Positions 1 to 14,200 of a stretch of DNA of 64,000 nucleotides are shown in pieces. The translations under genes and the position numbers were made by a program. Positions within the stretch are counted from its first letter, which is position 1; every line of letters begins with the position of its first letter. The DNA is from Eledone cirrhosa (Eukaryota): contig OZ024744.1 in the NCBI GenBank assembly GCA_964016885.1, forward strand, positions 133,238,001 to 133,302,000. The letters are read 5' to 3'. The notes under the pieces are model-generated. The model made no database searches and was not told where the DNA came from. It saw nothing but the letters and a program-made list of their open reading frames with translations.

Positions 1-3000
1 ATCCCCAACTTAACTGAACCCCAACTTAACTCAACCCCAACTTAAATTAACCCCAACTTAACTTAACCCCAACTTAACTTAACCCCAACTTAATTAACCC
101 CAACTTAAATTAACCCCAACTTAACTTAACACCAACTTAACGTAACCCCAACTTAATTTAACCCCAACTTAAATTAACCCCAACTTAACTTGCCCCCAAC
201 TTAACTTACCCCCAACTTAACTTAACCCCAACTTAATTTAACCCCAACTTAATTTAACCCCAACTTAACTTAAACCCAACTTAACTTAACCCCAACTTAA
301 CTTAACCCCAAATTAACTCAACCCCAACTTAACTCAACCCCAACTTAACTTAACCCCAACTTAACTTAACCACAAATTAAATTAGCCCCAACTTAAATTA
401 ACCCCAACTTAACTCAACCACAACTTAACTTAACCCCGACTTAACTTAACCCCACCTTAACTTAACCTCAACTTAACTTAACTGCAACTTAACTTAACCC
501 CAACTTAACTTAACCCCAACTTAACTCAACACCAACTTAACTCAACCCCAACTTAACTCAACGCCAATTTAACTCAACCCCAACTTAACTCAACCCCAAC
601 TTAACTTAACCCCGACTTAAATTAACCCCGACTTAACTTAACCCCAACTTAACTCAACCCCAACTTAACTTAACCCCAACTTAACTTAACCCCAACTTAA
701 CTTAACCCCAACTTAAATTAACCCCAACTTAACTTAAACTCAACTTAACTAACCAACTTAACTTAACCCCAACTTAACTTGACCCCAACTTAACTTAACC
801 CCAACTTAACTTAAACCCAACTTAACTTAACCCCAACTTAACTTAACCCCAACTTAACTTAACCCCAACTTAACCCCAAATTAAATTAACCTCAACTTAA
901 CTTAACCCCAACTTAACTTAGCCCCAACTTAACTTAGCCCCAACTTAACTTAGCCCCAACTTAACTTAACCCCAACTTAACTTAACCGCACCTTAACTTA
1001 ACCTCAACTTAACTTAACTGCAACTTAACTTAACCCCAACTTAACTTAACCCCAACTTAACTCAAAACCAACTTAACTCAACCCCAACTTAACTCAACCC
1101 CAATTTAACTCAACCCCAACTTAACTCAACCCCAACTTAACTTAACCCCAACTTAACTGAACCCTAACTTAACTTAACCCCGACTTAACTTAACCCCGAC
1201 TTAACTTAACCCCAACTTAACTTAACCCCAACTTAACTTAACCCCAACTTAACTTAACCCCAACTTAATTTAACCCCATCTTAACCCCAACTTATCTTAA
1301 CCCCAACTTAACTGAACCCCAACTTAATTTAACCCCAACTTAAATAAACCCCAACTTAACTTAACCCCAACTTAACTTAACCCCAACTTAACTTAACCCC
1401 AACTTAACTCAGCCCCAACTTAACTTAGCCCCAACTTAACTTAACCCCAACTTAACTTAACCCCAACTTAACTTAACCCCAACTTAACTTAACACCAACT
1501 TAACGTAACCCCAACTTAATTTAACCCCAACTTAACTTAACCTCAACTTAACTTAACCCCAACTTAACTTAACCCCATCTTAACTTAACCCCAACTTAAC
1601 TTAACCCCAACTTAACTTAACCCCAACTTAAATTAACCCCAACTTAACTTAACCCCAACTTAAATTAAACCCGACTTAACTTAACCCCAACTTAACTTAA
1701 TCCCAACTTAACTTAACCCCAACTTAACTTAACCACAAATTAACTTAACCCCAACTTAACTTAACCCCAACTTAACTTAACCCCAACTTAACTTAACCCC
1801 AACTTAACTTAACCCCAACTTAACTTAAACCTAACTTAACTTAACCCCAACTTAACCCCAACTTAACTTAACCCCAACTTAACTTAACCCCAACTTAACT
1901 CAGCCCCAACTTAACTCAGCCCCAACTTAACTTAGCCACAACTTAACTTAACACCAACTTAACTTAACCCTAACTTAACTTAACCCCAACTTAACTTAAC
2001 CCCAACTTAACTTATCCCCAACTTAACTGAACCCCAACTTAACTTAACCCCAACTCAATATAACCCCAACTTAACTTAACCCCAACTTAACTCAACCCCA
2101 ACTTAAATTAACCCCAACTTAACTTATCCCCAACTTAACTTAACCCCAACTTAATTAACCCCAACTTAAATTAACCCCAACTTAACTTAACACCAACTTA
2201 ACGTAACCCCAACTTAAATAAACCCCAACTTAAATTAACCCCAACTTAACTTAACCCCAACTTAACTTAACCCCAACTTAACTCAGCCCCAACTTAACTT
2301 AGCCCCAACTTAACTTAACCCCAACTTAACTTAACCCCAACTTAACTTAACCCCAACTTAACTTAAACCTAACTTAACTTAACCCCAACTTAACCCCAAC
2401 TTAACTTGACCCCAACTTAACTTAACCTCAACTTAACTTAACCCCAACTTAACTTAACCCCATCTTAACTTAACCCCAACTTAACTTAACCCCAACTTAA
2501 CTTAACCCCAACTTAAATTAACCCCAACTTAACTTAACCCCAACTTAACTTAACCCCGACTTAACTTAACCCCAACTTAACTTAACCCCAACTTAAATTA
2601 ACCCCAACTTAACTTAACCACAAATTAACTTAACCCCAACTTAACTTAACCCCAACTTAACTTAACCCCAACTTAACTTAACCCCAACTTAACTTAAACC
2701 TAACCTAACTTAACCCCAACTTAACCCCAATTTAACTTGACCCCAACTTAACTTAACCCCAACTTAACTCAGCCCCAACTTAACTTAGCCACAACTTAAC
2801 TTAACACCAACTTAACTTAACCCCAACTTAACTTAACCCCAACTTAACTTAACCCCAACTTAACTTATCCCCAACTTAACTGAACCCCAACTTAACTTAA
2901 CCCCAACTTAATATAACCCCAACTTAACTTAACCCCAACTTAACTCAACCCCAACTTAAATTAACCCCAACTTAACTTATCCCCAACTTAACTTAACCCC

Positions 3001-5914
3001 AACTTAATTAACCCCAACTTAAATTAACCCCAACTTAACTTAACACCAACTTAACGTAACCCCAATTTAACTTAACCCCAACTTAACTTAAACCTAACTT
3101 AACTTAACCCCAACTTAACCCCAACTTAACTTGACCCCAACTTAACTTAACCCCAACTTAACTCAACCCCAACTTAACTTAACCCCAACTTAACTCAGCC
3201 CCAACTTAACTCAGCCCCAACTTAACTTATCCCCAACTTAACTGAACCCCAACTTAACTGAACCCCAACTTAAATTAACCCCAACTTAACTTAACCCCAA
3301 CTTAACTTAACCCCAACTTAACTCAACACCAACTTAACTCAACCCCAACTTAAATCAACCCCAATTTAACTCAACCCCAACTTAACTCAACCCCAACTTA
3401 ACTTAACCCCAACTTAACTGAACCCTAACTTAACTTAACCCCGACTTAACTTAACCCCGACTTAACTTAACCCCAACTTAACTTAACCCCAACTTAACTT
3501 AACCCCAACTTAACTTAACCCCAACTTAATTTAACCCCATCTTAACCCCAACTTAACTTAACCCCAACTTAACTGAACCCCAACTTAACTTAACCCCAAC
3601 TTAAATAAACCCCAACTTAACTTAACCCCAACTTAACTTAACCCCAACTTAACTTAACCCCAACTTAACTCAGCCCCAACTTAACTTAGCCCCAACTTAA
3701 CTTAACCCCAACTTAACTTAACCCCAACTTAACTTAACCCCAACTTAACTTAAACCCAACTTAACTTAACCCCAACTTAAATTATCCCCAACTTAACTTA
3801 TCCCCAACTTAACTTAACCCCAACTTAACTTAACCCCAACTTAACTTAACCCCAACTTAATTTAACCCCAACTTAACTTAACCTCAACTTAACTTAACCC
3901 CAACTTAACTTAACCCCATCTTAACTTAACCCCAACTTAACTTAACCCCAACTTAACTTAACCCCAACTTAAATTAACCCCAACTTAACTTAACCCCAAC
4001 TTAACTTAACCCCGACTTAACTTAACCCCAACTTAACTTAACCCCAACTTAACTTAACCCCAACTTAACCCCAACTTAACTTGACCCCAACTTAACTTAA
4101 CCCCAACTTAACTCAACCCCAACTTAACTTAACCCCAACTTAACTCAGCCCCAACTTAACTCAGCCCCAACTTAACTTAGCCCCAACTTAACTTAACACC
4201 AACTTAACTTAACCCCACCTTAACTTAACCCCAACTTAACTTAACCCCAACTTAACTTATCCCCAACTTAACTGAACCCCAACTTAACTTAACCCCAACT
4301 TAATATAACCCCAACTTAACTTAACCCCAACTTAACTCAACCCCAACTTAAATTAACCCCAACTTAACTTAACCCCAACTTAACTTAACCCCAACTTAAT
4401 TAACCCCAACTTAAATTAACCCCAACTTAACTTAACACCAACTTAACGTAACCCCAACTTAATTTAACCCCAACTTAAATTAACCCCAACTTAACTTGCC
4501 CCCAACTTAACTTACCCCCAACGTAACTTAACCCCAACTTAATTTAACCCCAACTTATTTTAACCCCAACTTAACTTAACCCCAAATTAACTCAACCCCA
4601 ACTTAACTCAACCCCAACTTAACTTAACCCCAACTTAACTTAACCCCAACTTAACTTAACCACAAATTAACTTGGCCCCAACTTAAATTAACCCCAACTT
4701 AACTCAACCACAACTTAACTTAACCCCGACCTAACTTAACCCCAACTTAACTTAACCCCAACTTAACTTAACCCCAACTTCACTCAACCCCAACTTAACT
4801 CAACCCCATCTTAACCCCAACTTAACTTAACCCCAACTTAAATTAACCACAAAGTTAACTTAACCCCAATTTAAATTAACCCCAACTTAACTTAACCCCA
4901 ACTTAACATAACCACCACTTAATTAACCCCAACTTAACTCAACCCCAACTTAACTTAACCCTAACTTAACTTAACCCCAACTTAACCGCAACTTAACTTA
5001 ACCCCAACTTAACTTACCCCCAACTTAACTTACCCCCAACTTAACTTAACCCCAACTTAACTTAACCCCAACTTAACTTAACCCCAACTTAACTTAACCC
5101 CAACATAACTTAACCCCAACTTAAATTAACCCCAACTTAACTTAAACTCAACTTAACTAACCAACTTAACTTAACCCCAACTTAACTTAACCCCAACTTA
5201 ACTTAACCCCAACTTAACCCCAACTTAACTTAACCCCAACTTAACTTAACCCCAACTTAACTTAACCCCAACTTAAATTAACCCCAACTTAACTTAACCC
5301 CAACTTAACTTAACCCCGACTTAACTTAACCCCAACTTAACTTAACCCCAACTTAACTTAGCCCCAACTTAACTTAGCCCCAACTTAACTTAGCCCCAAC
5401 TTAACTTAACCCCAACTTAACATAACCGCACCTTAACTTAACCTCAACTTAACTTAACTGCAACTTAACTTAACCCCAACTTAACTTAACCCCAACTTAA
5501 CTCAACACCAACTTAACTCAACCCCAACTTAACTCAACCCCAATTTAACTCAACCCCAACTTAACTCAACCCCAACTTAACTTAACCCCAACTTAACTGA
5601 ACCCTAACTTAACTTAACCCCGACTTAAATTAAGCCCAACTTAACTTAACCCCAACTTAACTCAGCCCCAACTTAACTTAGCCCTAACTTAACTTAACCC
5701 CAACTTAACTTAACCCCAACTTAATTAACCCCAACTTAAATTAACCCCAACTTAACTTAACACCAACTTAACATAACCCCATCTTAAATAAACCCCAACT
5801 TAAATTAACCCCAACTTAACTTAACCCCAACTTAACTTAACCCCAACTTAACTCAGCCCCAACTTAACTTAGCCCCAACTTAACTTAACCCCAACTTAAC
5901 TTAACCCCGACTTA

Positions 5915-6087
5915 GGGCTTAAGTTAAGTTGGGGCTAAGTTAAGTTGGGGTTAAGTCAAGTTGGAAGTTGTGGTTGAGTGAAGTTGGGGTTAAGTTAAGT
6001 TGGGGTTGAGTGAAGTTGGGGTTAAGTTAAGTTGGGGTTGAGTTACGTTGGGGTTGAGTGAAGTTGGGGTTAAGTTAAGTTGGGGTT
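5915..6087 (-). repeat. Inverted satellite cassette copy 1 (173 bp)
   Basis: Starts GGGCTTAAGTTAAGTTGGGG after CCCCGACTTA and ends GGGGTT|AACCCC. Carries the GAGTTACG variant. Confidence 0.97.
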
Positions 6088-9000
6088 AACCCCAACTTAA
6101 CTTAACCCCAACTTAACTTAACCCCAACTTAACTTAACCCCAACATAACTTAACCCCAACTTAAATTAACCCCAACTTAACTTAAACTCAACTTAACTAA
6201 CCAACTTAACTTAACCCCAACTTAACTTAACCCCAACTTAACTTAACCCCAACTTAACTTAACCCCAACTTAACTTAACCCCAACTTAAATTAACCCCAA
6301 CTTAACTTAACCCCAACTTAACTTAACCCCGACTTAACTTAACCCCAACTTAACTTAACCCCAACTTAACTTAGCCCCAACTTAACTTAGCCCCAACTTA
6401 ACTTAGCCCCAACTTAACTTAACCCCAACTTAACATAACCGCACCTTAACTTAACCTCAACTTAACTTAACTGCAACTTAACTTAACCCCAACTTAACTT
6501 AACCCCAACTTAACTCAACACCAACTTAACTCAACCCCAACTTAACTCAACCCCAATTTAACTCAACCCCAACTTAACTCAAACCCAACTTAACTTAACC
6601 CCAACTTAACTGAACCCTAACTTAACTTAACCCCGACTTAAATTAAGCCCAACTTAACTTAACCCCAACTTAACTCAGCCCCAACTTAACTTAGCCCTAA
6701 CTTAACTTAACCCCAACTTAACTTAACCCCAACTTAATTAACCCCAACTTAAATTAACCCCAACTTAACTTAACACCAACTTAACATAACCCCATCTTAA
6801 ATAAACCCCAACTTAAATTAACCCCAACTTAACTTAACCCCAACTTAACTTAACCCCAACTTAACTCAGCCCCAACTTAACTTAGCCCCAACTTAACTTA
6901 ACCCCAACTTAACTTAACCCCAACTTAACTTAACCCCAACTTAACTTATCCCCAACTTAACTTAACCCCAACTTAACTTAAACCCAACTTAACTTAACCC
7001 CAACTTAAACTATCCCCAACTTAACTTATCCCCAACTTAACTTAACCCCAACTTAACTTAACCCCAACTTAACTTAACCCCAACTTAATTTAACCCCAAC
7101 TTAACTTAACCTCAACTTAACTTAACCCCAACTTAACTTAACCCCAACTTAACTTAACCCCAACTTAAATTAGCCCCAACTTAACTTAACCCCAACTTAA
7201 ATTAACCCCAACTTAACTTAACCCCAACTTAACTTAACCCCGACTTAAATTAACCCCAACTTAACTTAACCCCAACTTAACTTAACCCCAACTTAACTTA
7301 ACCACAAATTAACTTAACCCCAACTTAACTTAACCCCAACTTAACTTAACCCCAACTTAACTTAACCCCAACTTAACTTAACCCCAACTTAACTTAAACC
7401 TAACTTAACTTAACCCCAACTTAACCCCAACTTAACTTGACCCCAACTTAACTTAACCCCAACTTAACTCAACCCCAACTTAACTTAACCCCAACTTCCC
7501 TCAGCCCCAACTTAACTCAGCCCCAACTTAACTTAGCCCCAACTTAACTTAACACCAACTTAACTTAACCCCAACTTAACTTAACCCCAACTTAACTTAA
7601 CCCCAACTTAACTCAACCCCAACTTAACTTAACCCCAACTTAACTCAGCCCCAACTTAACTCAGCCCCAACTTAACTTAGCCCCAACTTAACTTAACACC
7701 AACTTAACTTAACCCCAACTTAACTTAACCCCAACTTAACTTAACCCCAACTTAACTTATCCCCAACTTAACTGAACCCCAACTTAACTTAACCCCAACT
7801 TAATATAACCCCAACTTAACTTAACCCCAACTTAACTCAACCCCAACTTAAATTAACCCCAACTTAACTTAACCCCAACTTAACTTAACCCCAACTTAAT
7901 TAACCCCAACTTAAATTAACCCCAACTTAACTTAACACCAACTTAACGTAACCCCAACTTAACTTAACCCCAACTTAACTTAAACCTAACTTAACTTAAC
8001 CCCAACTTAACCCCAACTTAACTTGACCCCAACTTAACTTAACCCCAACTTAACTCAACCCCAACTTAACTTAACCCCAACTTAACTCAGCCCCAACTTA
8101 ACTCAGCCCCAACTTAACTTAGCCCCAACTTAACTTAACACCAACTTAACTTAACCCCAACTTAACTTAACCCCAACTTAACTTAACCCCAACTTAACTT
8201 ATCCCCAACTTAACTGAACCCCAACTTAACTGAACCCCAACTTAAATTAACCCCAACTTAACTTAACCCCAACTTAACTTAACCCCAACTTAACTCAACA
8301 CCAACTTAACTCAACCCCAACTTAACTCAACCCCAATTTAACTCAACCCCAACTTAACTCAACCCCAACTTAACTTAACCCCAACTTAACTGAACCCTAA
8401 CTTAACTTAACCCCGACTTAACTTAACCCCGACTTAACTTAACCCCAACTTAACTTAACCCCAACTTAACTTAACCCCAACTTAACTTAACCCCATCTTA
8501 ACCCCAACTTAACTTAACCCCAACTTAACTGAACCCCAACTTAAATTAACCCCAACTTAAATAAACCCCAACTTAACTTAACCCCAACTTAACTTAACCC
8601 CAACTTAACTCAGCCCCAACTTAACTTAGCCCCAACTTAACTTAACCCCAACTTAACTTAACCCCAACTTAACTTAACCCCAACTTAACTTAACCCCAAC
8701 TTAACTTAACCCCAACTTAACTTAAACCCAACTTAACTTAACCCCAACTTAAATTATCCCCAACTTAACTTATCCCCAACTTAACTTAACCCCAACTTAA
8801 CTTAACCCCAACTTAACTTAACCCCAACTTAATTTAACCCCAACTTAACTTAACCTCAACTTAACTTAACCCCAACTTAACTTAACCCCATCTTAACTTA
8901 ACCCCAACTTAACTTAACCCCAACTTAACTTAACCCCAACTTAAATTAACCCCAACTTAACTTAACCCCAACTTAACTTAACCCCGACTTAACTTAACCC

Positions 9001-10079
9001 CAACTTAACTTAACCCCAACTTAACTTAACCCCAACTTAACCCCAACTTAACTTGACCCCAACTTAACTTAACCCCAACTTAACTCAACCCCAACTTAAC
9101 TTAACCCCAACTTAACTCAGCCCCAACTTAACTCAGCCCCAACTTAACTTAGCCCCAACTTAACTTAACACCAACTTAACTTAACCCCACCTTAACTTAA
9201 CCCCAACTTAACTTAACCCCAACTTAACGTATCCCCAACTTAACTGAACCCCAACTTAACTTAACCCCAACTTAATATAACCCCAACTTAACTTAACCCC
9301 AACTTAACTCAACCCCAACTTAAATTAACCCCAACTTAACTTAACCCCAACTTAACTTAACCCCAACTTAATTAACCCCAACTTAAATTAACCCCAACTT
9401 AACTTAACACCAACTTAACGTAACCCCAACTTAATTTAACCCCAACTTAAATTAACCCCAACTTAACTTGCCCCCAACTTAACTTACCCCCAACGTAACT
9501 TAACCCCAACTTAATTTAACCCCAACTTAATTTAACCCCAACTTAACTTAACCCCAAATTAACTCAACCCCAACTTAACTCAACCCCAACTTAACTTAAC
9601 CCCAACTTAACTTAACCCCAACTTAACTTAACCACAAATTAACTTAGCCCCAACTTAAATTAACCCCAACTTAACTCAACCACAACTTAACTTAACCCCG
9701 ACCTAACTTAACCCCAACTTAACTTAACCCCAACTTAACTTAACCCCAACTTCACTCAACCCCAACTTAACTCAACCCCAACTTAACCCCAACTTAACTT
9801 AACCCCAACTTAAATTAACCACAAAGTTAACTTAACCCCAATTTAAATTAACCCCAACTTAACTTAACCCCAACTTAACATAACCACCACTTAATTAACC
9901 CCAACTTAACTCAACCCCAACTTAACTTAACCCTAACTTAACTTAACCCCAACTTAACCGCAACTTAACTTAACCCCAACTTAACTTACCCCCAACTTAA
10001 CTTACCCCCAACTTAACTGAACCCCAACTTAAGTTAAGCCTAACTTAACTTAACGCCAACTTAACTTAACCCCGACTTA

Positions 10080-10252
10080 GGGCTTAAGTTAAGTTGGGGC
10101 TAAGTTAAGTTGGGGTTAAGTCAAGTTGGAAGTTGTGGTTGAGTGAAGTTGGGGTTAAGTTAAGTTGGGGTTGAGTGAAGTTGGGGTTAAGTTAAGTTGG
10201 GGTTGAGTTAAGTTGGGGTTGAGTGAAGTTGGGGTTAAGTTAAGTTGGGGTT
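10080..10252 (-). repeat. Inverted satellite cassette copy 2 (173 bp)
   Basis: Same junctions and length as copy 1. Carries the GAGTTAAG variant. Confidence 0.97.
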
Positions 10253-11108
10253 AACCCCAACTTAACTTAACCCCAACTTAACTTAACCCCAACTTAACTT
10301 AACCCCAACTTAACTTAACCCCAACATAACTTAACCCCAACTTAAATTAACCCCAACTTAACTTAAACTCAACTTAACTAACCAACTTAACTTAACCCCA
10401 ACTTAACTTAACCCCAACTTAACTTAACCCCAACTTAACTTAACCCCAACTTAACTTAACCCCAACTTAAATTAACCCCAACTTAACTTAACCCCAACTT
10501 AACTTAACCCCGACTTAACTTAACCCCAACTTAACTTAACCCCAACTTAACTTAGCCCCAACTTAACTTAGCCCCAACTTAACTTAGCCCCAACTTAACT
10601 TAACCCCAACTTAACATAACCGCACCTTAACTTAACCTCAACTTAACATAACTGCAACTTAACTTAACCCCAACTTAACTTAACCCCAACTTAACTCAAC
10701 ACCAACTTAACTCAACCCCAACTTAACTCAACCCCAATTTAACTCAACCCCAAGTTAACTCAACCCCAACTTAACTTAACCCCAACTTAACTGAACCCTA
10801 ACTTAACTTAACCCCGACTTAAATTAAGCCCAACTTAACTTAACCCCAACTTAACTCAGCCCCAACTTAACTTAGCCCTAACTTAACTTAACCCCAACTT
10901 AACTTAACCCCAACTTAATTAACCCCAACTTAAATTAACCCCAACTTAACTTAACACCAACTTAACATAACCCCATCTTAAATAAACCCCAACTTAAATT
11001 AACCCCAACTTAACTTAACCCCAACTTAACTTAACCCCAACTTAACTCAGCCCCAACTTAACTTAGCCCCAACTTAACTTAACCCCAACTTAACTTAACC
11101 CCGACTTA

Positions 11109-11281
11109 GGGCTTAAGTTAAGTTGGGGCTAAGTTAAGTTGGGGTTAAGTCAAGTTGGAAGTTGTGGTTGAGTGAAGTTGGTGTTAAGTTAAGTTGGGGT
11201 TGAGTGAAGTTGGGGTTAAGTTAAGTTGGGGTTGAGTTACGTTGGGGTTGAGTGAAGTTGGGGTTAAGTTAAGTTGGGGTT
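11109..11281 (-). repeat. Inverted satellite cassette copy 3 (173 bp)
   Basis: Same junctions. Carries GAGTTACG plus a GGTGTT variant at about 11181. Confidence 0.97.
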
Positions 11282-14200
11282 AACCCCAACTTAACTTAAC
11301 CCCAACTTAACTTAACCCCAACTTAACTTAACCCCAACTTAACTTAACCCCAACATAACTTAACCCCAACTTAAATTAACCCCAACTTAACTTAAACTCA
11401 ACTTAACTAACCAACTTAACTTAACCCCAACTTAACTTAACCCCAACTTAACTTAACCCCAACTTAACTTAACCCCAACTTAACTTAACCCCAACTTAAA
11501 TTAACCCCAACTTAACTTAACCCCAACTTAACTTAACCCCGACTTAACTTAACCCCAACTTAACTTAACCCCAACTTAACTTAGCCCCAACTTAACTTAG
11601 CCCCAACTTAACTTAGCCCCAACTTAACTTAACCCCAACTTAACATAACCGCACCTTAACTTAACCTCAACTTAACTTAACTGCAACTTAACTTAACCCC
11701 AACTTAACTTAACCCCAACTTAACTCAACACCAACTTAACTCAACCCCAACTTAACTCAACCCCAATTTAACTCAACCCCAACTTAACTCAACCCCAACT
11801 TAACTTAACCCCAACTTAACTGAACCCTAACTTAACTTAACCCCGACTTAAATTAAGCCCAACTTAACTTAACCCCAACTTAACTCAGCCCCAACTTAAC
11901 TTAGCCCTAACTTAACTTAACCCCAACTTAACTTAACCCCAACTTAATTAACCCCAACTTAAATTAACCCCAACTTAACTTAACACCAACTTAACATAAC
12001 CCCATCTTAAATAAACCCCAACTTAAATTAACCCCAACTTAACTTAACCCCAACTTAACTTAACCCCAACTTAACTCAGCCCCAACTTAACTTAGCCCCA
12101 ACTTAACTTAACCCCAACTTAACTTAACCCCAACTTAACTTAACCCCAACTTAACTTATCCCCAACTTAACTTAACCCCAACTTAACTTAAACCCAACTT
12201 AACTTAACCCCAACTTAAACTATCCCCAACTTAACTTATCCCCAACTTAACTTAACCCCAACTTAACTTAACCCCAACTTAACTTAACCCCAACTTAATT
12301 TAACCCCAACTTAACTTAACCTCAACTTAACTTAACCCCAACTTAACTTAACCCCAACTTAACTTAACCCCAACTTAAATTAGCCCCAACTTAACTTAAC
12401 CCCAACTTAAATTAACCCCAACTTAACTTAACCCCAACTTAACTTAACCCCGACTTAAATTAACCCCAACTTAACTTAACCCCAACTTAACTTAACCCCA
12501 ACTTAACTTAAACCTAACCTAACTTAACCCCAACTTAACCCCAATTTAACTTGACCCCAACTTAACTTAACCCCAACTTAACTCAGCCCCAACTTAACTT
12601 AGCCACAACTTAACTTAACACCAACTTAACTTAACCCCAACTTAACTTAACCCCAACTTAACTTAACCCCAACTTAACTTATCCCCAACTTAACTGAACC
12701 CCAACTTAACTTAACCCCAACTTAATATAACCCCAACTTAACTTAACCCCAACTTAACTCAACCCCAACTTAAATTAACCCCAACTTAACTTATCCCCAA
12801 CTTAACTTAACCCCAACTTAATTAACCCCAACTTAAATTAACCCCAACTTAACTTAACACCAACTTAACGTAACCCCAATTTAACTTAACCCCAACTTAA
12901 CTTAAACCTAACTTAACTTAACCCCAACTTAACCCCAACTTAACTTGACCCCAACTTAACTTAACCCCAACTTAACTCAACCCCAACTTAACTTAACCCC
13001 AACTTAACTCAGCCCCAACTTAACTCAGCCCCAACTTAACTTATCCCCAACTTAACTGAACCCCAACTTAACTGAACCCCAACTTAAATTAACCCCAACT
13101 TAACTTAACCCCAACTTAACTTAACCCCAACTTAACTCAACACCAACTTAACTCAACCCCAACTTAAATCAACCCCAATTTAACTCAACCCCAACTTAAC
13201 TCAACCCCAACTTAACTTAACCCCAACTTAACTGAACCCTAACTTAACTTAACCCCGACTTAACTTAACCCCGACTTAACTTAACCCCAACTTAACTTAA
13301 CCCCAACTTAACTTAACCCCAACTTAACTTAACCCCAACTTAATTTAACCCCATCTTAACCCCAACTTAACTTAACCCCAACTTAACTGAACCCCAACTT
13401 AACTTAACCCCAACTTAAATAAACCCCAACTTAACTTAACCCCAACTTAACTTAACCCCAACTTAACTTAACCCCAACTTAACTCAGCCCCAACTTAACT
13501 TAGCCCCAACTTAACTTAACCCCAACTTAACTTAACCCCAACTTAACTTAACCCCAACTTAACTTAACCCCAACTTAACTTAAACCCAACTTAACTTAAC
13601 CCCAACTTAAATTATCCCCAACTTAACTTATCCCCAACTTAACTTAACCCCAACTTAACTTAACCCCAACTTAACTTAACCCCAACTTAATTTAACCCCA
13701 ACTTAACTTAACCTCAACTTAACTTAACCCCAACTTAACTTAACCCCATCTTAACTTAACCCCAACTTAACTTAACCCCAACTTAACTTAACCCCAACTT
13801 AAATTAACCCCAACTTAACTTAACCCCAACTTAACTTAACCCCGACTTAACTTAACCCCAACTTAACTTAACCCCAACTTAACTTAACCCCAACTTAACC
13901 CCAACTTAACTTGACCCCAACTTAACTTAACCCCAACTTAACTCAACCCCAACTTAACTTAACCCCAACTTAACTCAGCCCCAACTTAACTCAGCCCCAA
14001 CTTAACTTAGCCCCAACTTAACTTAACACCAACTTAACTTAACCCCACCTTAACTTAACCCCAACTTAACTTAACCCCAACTTAACTTATCCCCAACTTA
14101 ACTGAACCCCAACTTAACTTAACCCCAACTTAATATAACCCCAACTTAACTTAACCCCAACTTAACTCAACCCCAACTTAAATTAACCCCAACTTAACTT

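Noticed and set aside
5912-5917. TTAGGG vertebrate telomere hexamer at each left junction
   Set aside because: It is a single hexamer formed by joining GACTTA to GGGCTT, with no tandem run. It is not evidence of telomerase healing or telomere fusion.
5915-6087. MITE or piggyBac-type element inserted at TTAA
   Set aside because: The cassette consists only of satellite monomers and has no terminal inverted repeats of its own. Its copies share long flanks, so they spread by block duplication rather than transposition.
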